A stretch of DNA of 64,000 nucleotides from Bacteroidales bacterium (lineage in GTDB: Bacteria > Bacteroidota > Bacteroidia > Bacteroidales > VadinHA17). The position numbers and the translations under genes are program-made. Below are positions 57,493 to 64,000 of the stretch, one piece after another (the stretch's first letter is position 1; the number at the start of each line of letters is the position of its first letter). Where the stretch lies: positions 33,892 to 97,891 of the forward strand of contig JAGGWN010000094.1 in the NCBI GenBank assembly GCA_021157415.1, read 5' to 3'. Under the pieces are notes generated by a model. That model was not told where the DNA came from and did not search any database. It was given only the letters and a program-made list of their open reading frames with translations.

Positions 57493-59085
57493 TTATTTGA
57501 TCATTTTCACCTCTTTGTTCAAATTCACCTTCACGCCGTTTATCCGTTTTTCCAGATCATCTTTATAAGTAATTGTAATAATCAGATTTCCATTTTCATC
57601 ATATTTTTTCCAGGTCTTTTCTTTCAAACCATTTGAGAAGTATCTTTCTTCCTTTAATTTTCCGTTAGGGTAATACAGTTTATGTTTCCCTTCCGGATTC
57701 CCCTGAACAAATCGCCCCTCATACATTAATTTCCCGTTAGCATAATATAACTTCCATATTCCTTCACGTAAACCTACAATATATTTCCCTTCCTCCTTTT
57801 CATCCCCGACATTTATCTTCCACAAACCATCTCTTTCACCGTCAATGTAATTTCCTTCGGCAATTACATTTCCTTCCCGGTCGTACTCCACATAATTACC
57901 GTCTTCTTTGCCATTAAAATATTCTTCCTCTCGTCTTAAAGATCCGTTATCATAATACCATCTCCAAACACTATTCTCTTTTCCATTTCTATAGGTTCCT
58001 GTCTGTTCGGTTTTTCCATTCCTGTAATAATATTTCCATACACCTGTTTTCTTATTATGGATATAGCTTCCTTCGGATCTAACAGTTCCATTGTCGTAAT
58101 AATATTTCCAATTCCCCTCTTTTTCTCCTTTTTCCGTAACGATACCTTCAGCAATAACATGACCTGAATTATCAAAAATTTTAGAACCAATGACTTTCCC
58201 GTTTTTATTATATTGTCTGTGTATTCCAATAGGAATGCCGTTACGATAAGCTCCGCTTTCAATGATATTCCCGTTTTCATCATATGTGTTTCTAATGTCA
58301 ACCGGACTGGCAATCGAATCATTTTCTTCTGCCAGATTCACCAATTTTCCGTTCCTATAAAACAAAACCACCTTACTATTCCCATTTCTGTCGAATTCTT
58401 TGTAGAAACCATCTCTAACGCCATTTTTATAATATTCTTCAATATATTTTTTTCCATCCGGATAAAAGGTCATCCATTTTCCATTCTTTGCTCCATCTTT
58501 GTCAGTACGGTTTATTTTTTCTCTTGAAATCAGGAAATCCTTATGATATTCACTAATTGTAATAAGATTTCCTTTTTCATCAAACTCTTTTCCAATACCC
58601 TCTTTTTTTCCCTGCTGATAGGGAATTATTTCTTTAATTTTCCCATTGGGGTAATAAACATAAGCTTCTCCCTCCTTTTTCCCATTCACATAAAGTTCTC
58701 TAACTTTGGTATATCCTACTAAACCATTGTCCTTACTGAGATATTCGTAACGTATGTCCCATCCGTTTTTCTTACCGTATTTATAATCGATCTTTTCTAA
58801 TGTATCTCCCACCTGATTATAAAACACCCATGTACTATCGAGTAAATATTTAGCTCTTTTTCCCTCCGACTTTTTAATACCCGTAACATAATAAGTGATC
58901 CAATACCCATCCGGTTTTCCGTTTTTCATCATCCCTTCGCTGGATACTTGTCCATTGGGATAATAAAATTTATTGTATCCGTTTGGATTTATCTTTTTCT
59001 CCTGTGCGACAATCACATGTGCCTGGGTAAAAAAGACTCCTGATAAAATCGCAATAACCGTATATTTTTTCAACGTTTTCAGCAC
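57493..59085 (-). CDS. Secreted MORN-variant / YwqK-type repeat protein
   Basis: 530 aa. Signal peptide, then about 20 tandem ~23-aa units of the G.W..YY.NG....EG.Y..GK..G type. Confidence 0.75.
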   Translation of the reverse strand: MLKTLKKYTVIAILSGVFFTQAHVIVAQEKKINPNGYNKFYYPNGQVSSEGMMKNGKPDGYWITYYVTGIKKSEGKRAKYLLDSTWVFYNQVGDTLEKIDYKYGKKNGWDIRYEYLSKDNGLVGYTKVRELYVNGKKEGEAYVYYPNGKIKEIIPYQQGKKEGIGKEFDEKGNLITISEYHKDFLISREKINRTDKDGAKNGKWMTFYPDGKKYIEEYYKNGVRDGFYKEFDRNGNSKVVLFYRNGKLVNLAEENDSIASPVDIRNTYDENGNIIESGAYRNGIPIGIHRQYNKNGKVIGSKIFDNSGHVIAEGIVTEKGEKEGNWKYYYDNGTVRSEGSYIHNKKTGVWKYYYRNGKTEQTGTYRNGKENSVWRWYYDNGSLRREEEYFNGKEDGNYVEYDREGNVIAEGNYIDGERDGLWKINVGDEKEEGKYIVGLREGIWKLYYANGKLMYEGRFVQGNPEGKHKLYYPNGKLKEERYFSNGLKEKTWKKYDENGNLIITITYKDDLEKRINGVKVNLNKEVKMIK

Positions 59086-59106
59086 TTAACCATACATTTT
59101 TTTTCT

Positions 59107-60090
59107 TCAGCCGCTGATTTCCATCATTCTTTTAATAGAGACAGCGGCTTTCTCAATTTTTTTCATATCCAGTTTTATTTCCGGAACTTCATATTTCAGC
59201 GCATTATATATTTTTGCCAAGTTAGTCATTTTCATGAATTCACATTCACTACAGGCACATGTACTATCATGTCCAGGAGCAGGAATATATTCTTTTTCCG
59301 GGGAACTTAATTTCATCTGATGAATTACGCCAGGTTCAGTAGCTACAATATATTTTTCATAAGAGTCAATTTTTGTATATTCAATCAATTGTGAGGTAGA
59401 CCCAATAAAATCCGCAAGAATTCTTACGGGCTCTTCGCATTCGGGATGAGCTATTACTTTGGTATCCGGATTTTCGTTTTTCAGCTTAATAATTTTTTCA
59501 AGAGAAAATTCACGATGAACATGACAACTACCATTCCAGATCAACATGTCTCTACCTGTAAGGCTCTTAATATAGTTTCCCAGGTTTTTATCGGGAGCAA
59601 AAATGATCTTTTCATCTTCAGGTAATGATTGTATAATTTTTACGGCATTGCTGGATGTGCAAATTATGTCAGACAATGCTTTAACCTCTGCAGAAGTATT
59701 CACATAAGAGATAACTGTCCGGTCCGGATGTGCTTGTACAAATTTTTCAAAATCTTCCGCCGGGCATGAATCTGCAAGTGAACAGGAAGCATTCATATCC
59801 GGCAATAATACTTTTTTTTCCGGAGATAGTATCTTTGCCGTTTCAGCCATAAAATGAACCCCTGCAAAAACAATAATATCAGCGCTCGTTTTAGCTGCCT
59901 GTTGCGAAAGAGCCAGACTATCTCCGGTAAAATCAGCAATATCCTGCACCTCATCTCTTTCATAGTAATGTGCAAGAATAATAGCGTTTTTGTCCTTACA
60001 CATTTTTCTTATTTCAGAAATAAGTTTGTCTCCCCGGGGTGTTTCCAAATCAACGTATCCTTTTTCCTTAATGAACCGATCTATATCCAT
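59107..60090 (-). CDS. nadA: Quinolinate synthase
   Basis: 327 aa. ILAHYY...VQDIADFTGDSL.LS, VFAGVHFMAETAKIL, Cys ligands (..MNASCSLADSC.., ..CHVH.., ..CACSECEFMK). Confidence 0.95.
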   Translation of the reverse strand: MDIDRFIKEKGYVDLETPRGDKLISEIRKMCKDKNAIILAHYYERDEVQDIADFTGDSLALSQQAAKTSADIIVFAGVHFMAETAKILSPEKKVLLPDMNASCSLADSCPAEDFEKFVQAHPDRTVISYVNTSAEVKALSDIICTSSNAVKIIQSLPEDEKIIFAPDKNLGNYIKSLTGRDMLIWNGSCHVHREFSLEKIIKLKNENPDTKVIAHPECEEPVRILADFIGSTSQLIEYTKIDSYEKYIVATEPGVIHQMKLSSPEKEYIPAPGHDSTCACSECEFMKMTNLAKIYNALKYEVPEIKLDMKKIEKAAVSIKRMMEISG

Positions 60091-60471
60091 TATATTATCT
60101 TTTAGATAAAATTTTAAACCTTATGTTATTAATATTATCCTGTTGATACTGTTGGTAAAATTGAATAAATTTTTTTCATCAAACAAATCACAGGATATCC
60201 TCAAAATATTAACAAAAAACTTTCATGTAAAGTTCATTTAATGAACAAAATATTATTTTTTTAACATTAATGAAAATACTGTTAATATATTTATTGCATT
60301 CTGTGATTTTATTAAAAGGTAAAATTATCTGTTTATTTTTTGAGGAATAATTTACAAGTCTGAATTTTTATATTTGAGATTTTTTTATATATATGTTCAA
60401 AGATTTAAAAACATATTTTATTTGTAAGAAAATATTCAAATTTAAATAACATTTTATTAACAGAGAAAAAG

Positions 60472-60927
60472 ATGAAAAATAAAGATGGAAAAAAAATTGC
60501 CATAGCATGTGATCATGCAGGATATAAACTAAAAGAGGAATTACTGGATTTTTTTCGTAACAATGAAGGACTTTTAATAGAAGACTTGGGCACATTTTCC
60601 CCTGAAAGTGTGGATTATCCTGATTATGCACATAAAATTGCCACGGCCATTGAAGAAGGAAAATACAATATCGGGTTGACCATTTGCGGAAGTGGCAATG
60701 GTATCAATATGACCGCAAACAAACATCAGGATATTCGTTCCGCTTTATGCTGGAATGAAGAAATCTCAAGGCTGGCAAGGGCTCATAATGATGCCAATAT
60801 TTGTGCTATGCCAGGGAGATTTATAAGTCTGGAAAAAGCCGTATTAATCGTAAAAACATTTCTTGCTACTCCTTTTGAGGGAGGAAGGCATTTGAGAAGG
60901 ATAAAAAAAATCCCGTTGCGATCATAG
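60472..60927 (+). CDS. rpiB: Ribose 5-phosphate isomerase B
   Basis: 151 aa. IAIACDHAGYKLKE, ICGSGNGINMTANK, R.A.CWN...RLARAHNDANI...G.RFI....A..IV..FL.T.FEGGRH.RRI. Confidence 0.9.
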   Translation: MKNKDGKKIAIACDHAGYKLKEELLDFFRNNEGLLIEDLGTFSPESVDYPDYAHKIATAIEEGKYNIGLTICGSGNGINMTANKHQDIRSALCWNEEISRLARAHNDANICAMPGRFISLEKAVLIVKTFLATPFEGGRHLRRIKKIPLRS

Positions 60928-61071
60928 ATTGTAGCATCATGTAACTGTTTTGAAGAATAATAAAATTTTAGTATTTTTTACAAATTGAAAAATATTGTTT
61001 TCATATTTTCTGAAGATGTTGATAGACGGTACAGGGAGTGAAAAATAAAAATTATTTTCCTTGAAAGTTAA

Positions 61072-64000
61072 ATGGTTACAATCTATAATAAAAAAGAAAG
61101 AATGAAGGCCAAAGAGGTTATAGAATTTCTGAAAAATGAAGAAATAAATACTTGGTTTGACCTTGGTTTATTTCTGGACAGATTAAAGGAAAATAATCCG
61201 GTTCCGGTCGTTGCTTTTAACGGGGAGCTGGAAGAATATTTTGATTATTTACAAAGCAGGGGTATTGCTTTTCTTACATATGCCTATTCTGTAGATGGTG
61301 TTACAAACGAAATCCTGAAATATATTAATAGTCTTAAGTATTGGCTTAATGATCTTCAAATTCATTTGATTGCCGGTGAGTTCAGGCCCGATTCTTATAA
61401 GTTGATCAAAAAGGAATGGAAAAAATACACCATAGAAGAAGCACAGGCTTTTGACAAGTGGAAATATTACAGAGATTTTTTTTATAACAAGCTGGAAAGA
61501 GGCAGTAAAAAATATAATCAGCTTATACTGGATTTTTGGGAAGAGACGCTTGTGATAACACAAAAACTTGCAAAGTATATTGAACGAAACAGAATTTCTA
61601 CTTTGTATCTTGTCAATGTATGCTCTAATCCAGGGAATGTATCCTTATCACTGGCGAGCGTACTGGTGTCTGAACTTATGGGCATCCCGGTTGTTAGCAA
61701 CAATCATGATTTTTATTGGGAAGGAGGGAACAGGCCTGAAGACATACGGCTGAAAAGAGTAAAACCCGGACCCAGAGATTTCTTTTTTGCCAATTCGCAT
61801 TTGGGAGAAGTATTTTCGATAATAGAGGTTTTATTTCCCTGGGAATCAAGAACATGGATATCCGTTAATATTAATAAACAACAATCTGAGCATGTAATAA
61901 AATATAACGGTCATAATCCTGTCAATGTAACGGAAATAGGGACATCCGTAGATGTAACCCCCTATTTGAATGTTTCAAAAAGGGATAAGATCAATACTTT
62001 TTACCAATTTGAAAAGGTGTTGAGCCGATATGAGAAATCACTTATTTCCTATTCGGTAAAAGATGTAATTAACAGAGGACTTGTAAAAGAGGGAAATGCC
62101 AAACCGTTGTTGATAGGACATAGCAAAACAAGGATTGTGAAAGATTTTCTTGCAGAAAATATTATTTTCCTGCAGCCTACGAGGATCATTGCCCGCAAGC
62201 GGATCGAAACAGGGTTTCGCTTAATACATAAACTTTTTGAAAAGAAAGAGTTTGCCCTGAAGTTTAAGGAAACCGGTAATCTGAAAATAACACTTATTGT
62301 TACAGGACCCATAGCTGAGGGACATCATGATTATCTTAAAAAGCTGCTCAAAAGATTTCAAATATTGCTTGATTCGCTGAAGGAAGAATACAGAAGCAGG
62401 GTTTATCTGGTTTTTCTCTTCAGTGAGCTCGATAAAGAAGAGTTTAAGAAGAGGTTTAATAAACCTGTAGGTATACCCGAATTGTACAATATTTCTTCAT
62501 TGATTTTATTACCTAGCGAAACTGAAGGAAGAGGGCTTCCTATTATTGAAGCTGCCGCCAGTGGTAAGCCCATATTTTGCAGAAGGTACTACCCGGAACA
62601 TGTATATTCAGAAGTTATCGGGGAACATCTTCCTGAAAAAGAAAGGTTAAGGGTTATAGAGTATGACGGAAAGAATATTTCAAATAAGCAGCTGGATGAA
62701 ATAATCAAGAGGGTATTTTTTCCGCACATGTTCCTGGAAGAGATAGAGCATAACAGGTTTGTCGTATTGGAAAGATACAGTCAGGATAGACTGAATCATA
62801 ATATTTATGATATTCTGAAAGTACTATATTATCAGCAAAGAGACAATTCCAGGTCTATAGAGTATGTGAAAAATTCCTTTGAAGAATACAGGAAGACGTT
62901 CGATTATGGCGATAAAAACCTAAAAAAAATACTTCTGGCAAAAAACAGGGAATACCTTCCCGGGTTCAACAGGCTGGCATTTATGATATATCTGAAATCA
63001 CTGATTGACCCCAGTGCTTTCAGAATGGAAGAGCAGAATATGCGGGGAATGATTTTTAATTTTGCCAAGGGGATATATGATAAAAATCCTGTTTCTCTCT
63101 CGCTGGAAAAAAAGATCTTATTTTTTAATGCCGTTGATAATATATTCCGTTACCGGAACGGGGAGTTAAAAATACGCCATGACCACTCTATGGCTTACCG
63201 GCACAGGAATAAATACGATTATCCTTACCGGGACTATACTTTTCAGGAAATTACAGGATTCGTGAATTATCTGTACAGAAAACTTTTAAAGCGGAAATAC
63301 AGTGAAACGCTCAATACAAATACCCAGTTTTTTACCGACTGGAATCTGGCCATTGCACAATTGACGGGTAGTGATTACCTGGGTATAGATAACCGGGATA
63401 TTTTGATGCAAAAGATGAAAGATAATATTCCCATAGTAATTTTTCCCGGTTCCCAAATCTTGTATGCACTGGAGTTTTTTGCTCTGCAATCCATCCGTGC
63501 CCGGCTGGGGTTGAAACTTGAAGAGGAGCTGACAGAAAAAAAGCTGGTTCATTATATTGATAAAATAGCACCGGTTTATCTTTTTCTGCAGAACAATCCG
63601 ATCAGCAACTGGGTTTCTACGGATACAATTGTCAGGTTTATCAGAAGCGCCAGTGACAAAGAGATGCATTTACTTTACCGTAAGGGTTTGCTGAAGTTTG
63701 TCAACACAAATCAATGGACTGTCGGTATTCACTTTGCACAGCTTGGTAAAAATGCCCTTCTTACTCTCAGAAAGGTCAGTGAGGCCGGAGGTTTATTGAT
63801 TACTGACCGGATCAATGCTTCGGTGATGACAGACTTTGTCGAGATCGACAGAATACATATCGGAAAAGCAGAAAATCCGTTGATTGCAAACATGCTAGGT
63901 ATTCCGGAAGGAAGCGGCTATATTCAGTATGTGCCGGCAGGTGTACGTGCTACCTTGTCTTATCCTACGCCGGTACAGACAGCAGCTGATTTTGACAGGA
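61072..64000 (+). CDS. Very large GT4 (GT-B, EX7E) glycosyltransferase-domain protein with unassigned N- and C-terminal extensions; 3' end beyond window
   Basis: Not in the ORF track because it has no stop. I translated the frame codon by codon. It opens right after TAA (61069-71) with ATG at 61072 (second ATG at 61102) and stays open to 63999, which is at least 976 codons. Core motifs: ..LYLVNVCSNPGNVSLSLASVLVSELMGIPVVSNNHDFYWEGG.. and ..LILLPSETEGRGLPIIEAAASGKPIFC.. (the EX7E motif of retaining GT4 enzymes) at about codon 480-500. At least 450 further codons have no motif I recognise. Confidence 0.75.
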   Translation, partial: MVTIYNKKERMKAKEVIEFLKNEEINTWFDLGLFLDRLKENNPVPVVAFNGELEEYFDYLQSRGIAFLTYAYSVDGVTNEILKYINSLKYWLNDLQIHLIAGEFRPDSYKLIKKEWKKYTIEEAQAFDKWKYYRDFFYNKLERGSKKYNQLILDFWEETLVITQKLAKYIERNRISTLYLVNVCSNPGNVSLSLASVLVSELMGIPVVSNNHDFYWEGGNRPEDIRLKRVKPGPRDFFFANSHLGEVFSIIEVLFPWESRTWISVNINKQQSEHVIKYNGHNPVNVTEIGTSVDVTPYLNVSKRDKINTFYQFEKVLSRYEKSLISYSVKDVINRGLVKEGNAKPLLIGHSKTRIVKDFLAENIIFLQPTRIIARKRIETGFRLIHKLFEKKEFALKFKETGNLKITLIVTGPIAEGHHDYLKKLLKRFQILLDSLKEEYRSRVYLVFLFSELDKEEFKKRFNKPVGIPELYNISSLILLPSETEGRGLPIIEAAASGKPIFCRRYYPEHVYSEVIGEHLPEKERLRVIEYDGKNISNKQLDEIIKRVFFPHMFLEEIEHNRFVVLERYSQDRLNHNIYDILKVLYYQQRDNSRSIEYVKNSFEEYRKTFDYGDKNLKKILLAKNREYLPGFNRLAFMIYLKSLIDPSAFRMEEQNMRGMIFNFAKGIYDKNPVSLSLEKKILFFNAVDNIFRYRNGELKIRHDHSMAYRHRNKYDYPYRDYTFQEITGFVNYLYRKLLKRKYSETLNTNTQFFTDWNLAIAQLTGSDYLGIDNRDILMQKMKDNIPIVIFPGSQILYALEFFALQSIRARLGLKLEEELTEKKLVHYIDKIAPVYLFLQNNPISNWVSTDTIVRFIRSASDKEMHLLYRKGLLKFVNTNQWTVGIHFAQLGKNALLTLRKVSEAGGLLITDRINASVMTDFVEIDRIHIGKAENPLIANMLGIPEGSGYIQYVPAGVRATLSYPTPVQTAADFDR

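Noticed and set aside
60368-60631. An 87-aa minus-strand ORF overlapping the rpiB start and the AT-rich intergenic region.
   Set aside because: It overlaps a clearly identified rpiB on the other strand, and the remainder is AT-rich spacer. No motif was found.
61249-63669. Minus-strand track ORFs 61249..61563, 61518..61703, 62049..62312, 63286..63669 and 63332..63571.
   Set aside because: All are antisense to the continuous plus-strand ORF of at least 976 codons that carries a GT4 EX7E motif. Their translations are Phe/Ile/Lys-rich noise typical of AT-rich antisense frames.
1-64000. A search for CRISPR arrays, tRNA/rRNA/tmRNA genes, integrases, and toxin-antitoxin or restriction-modification genes (classic accessory or defence signatures).
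   Set aside because: I saw no regularly spaced direct repeats, no tRNA T-arm/acceptor patterns in intergenic regions, and no ORF with integrase, nuclease-helicase or methyltransferase motifs. The visual scan is not exhaustive, so tRNAscan-SE, Infernal, minced and PADLOC/DefenseFinder should confirm.

Overview
The window looks like a Bacteroidota (Bacteroidales-like) chromosomal segment. Supporting gene content: TonB-dependent receptors with carboxypeptidase-regulatory N-domains, a SusD-family remnant, a T9SS C-terminal sorting domain, DUF4249/DUF4271/DUF4292-type genes, and no Shine-Dalgarno-type leaders. I call about 50 protein-coding genes plus 4 gene remnants. I recognised no rRNA, tRNA, CRISPR array, integrase or intact transposase. 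Layout: (i) 1-16.6 kb is a CAZyme cluster without SusC/SusD, holding a partial GH2 beta-mannosidase-like gene, a GH2, a GH95-like gene, a GH35 and a UxaE-like epimerase. It is interrupted by a decayed IS200-like gene, an overlapping two-gene operon (unknown protein plus a rifampin-phosphotransferase-like PEP-utilising enzyme), a TlpA-like oxidoreductase and a secreted discoidin-like unknown. (ii) 16.7-43 kb is housekeeping (ctp, yidD, rnpA, hemD-like, deoC, dtd, PPi-type pfk, nfo, polA, queD, ispB-like, uvrC, ade). Mixed in are two TonB-dependent receptor modules (TBDR+DUF4249; T9SS-cargo PCMD-like protein+TBDR) and a decayed PUL remnant (SusD-like and GH5-C-terminal fragments). (iii) 43-52.3 kb is a tightly overlapping nine-gene minus-strand array (CDF, flippase, dut, TPR, DUF4292, EnvC-like, RsbW-like ATPase, ybeY, mnmG). 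(iv) 52.4-61 kb is housekeeping (PPIase, pheS, OsmC, Crp/Fnr, ruvB, MORN-repeat protein, nadA, rpiB). (v) From 61072 to the window end runs an ORF of at least 976 codons that is absent from the supplied track. It has a GT4 (EX7E) core and large flanks I cannot assign. I found no obvious defence island or mobile element. The best candidates for something undescribed are the giant GT4-containing protein, the unknown+His-swivel-kinase operon, the T9SS-cargo/TBDR pair, and a CTACGTAGG-N3-CTACGTAGG hairpin element present at two unrelated gene 3' ends. All functional calls rest on my reading of motifs in the translations; no database search was possible.
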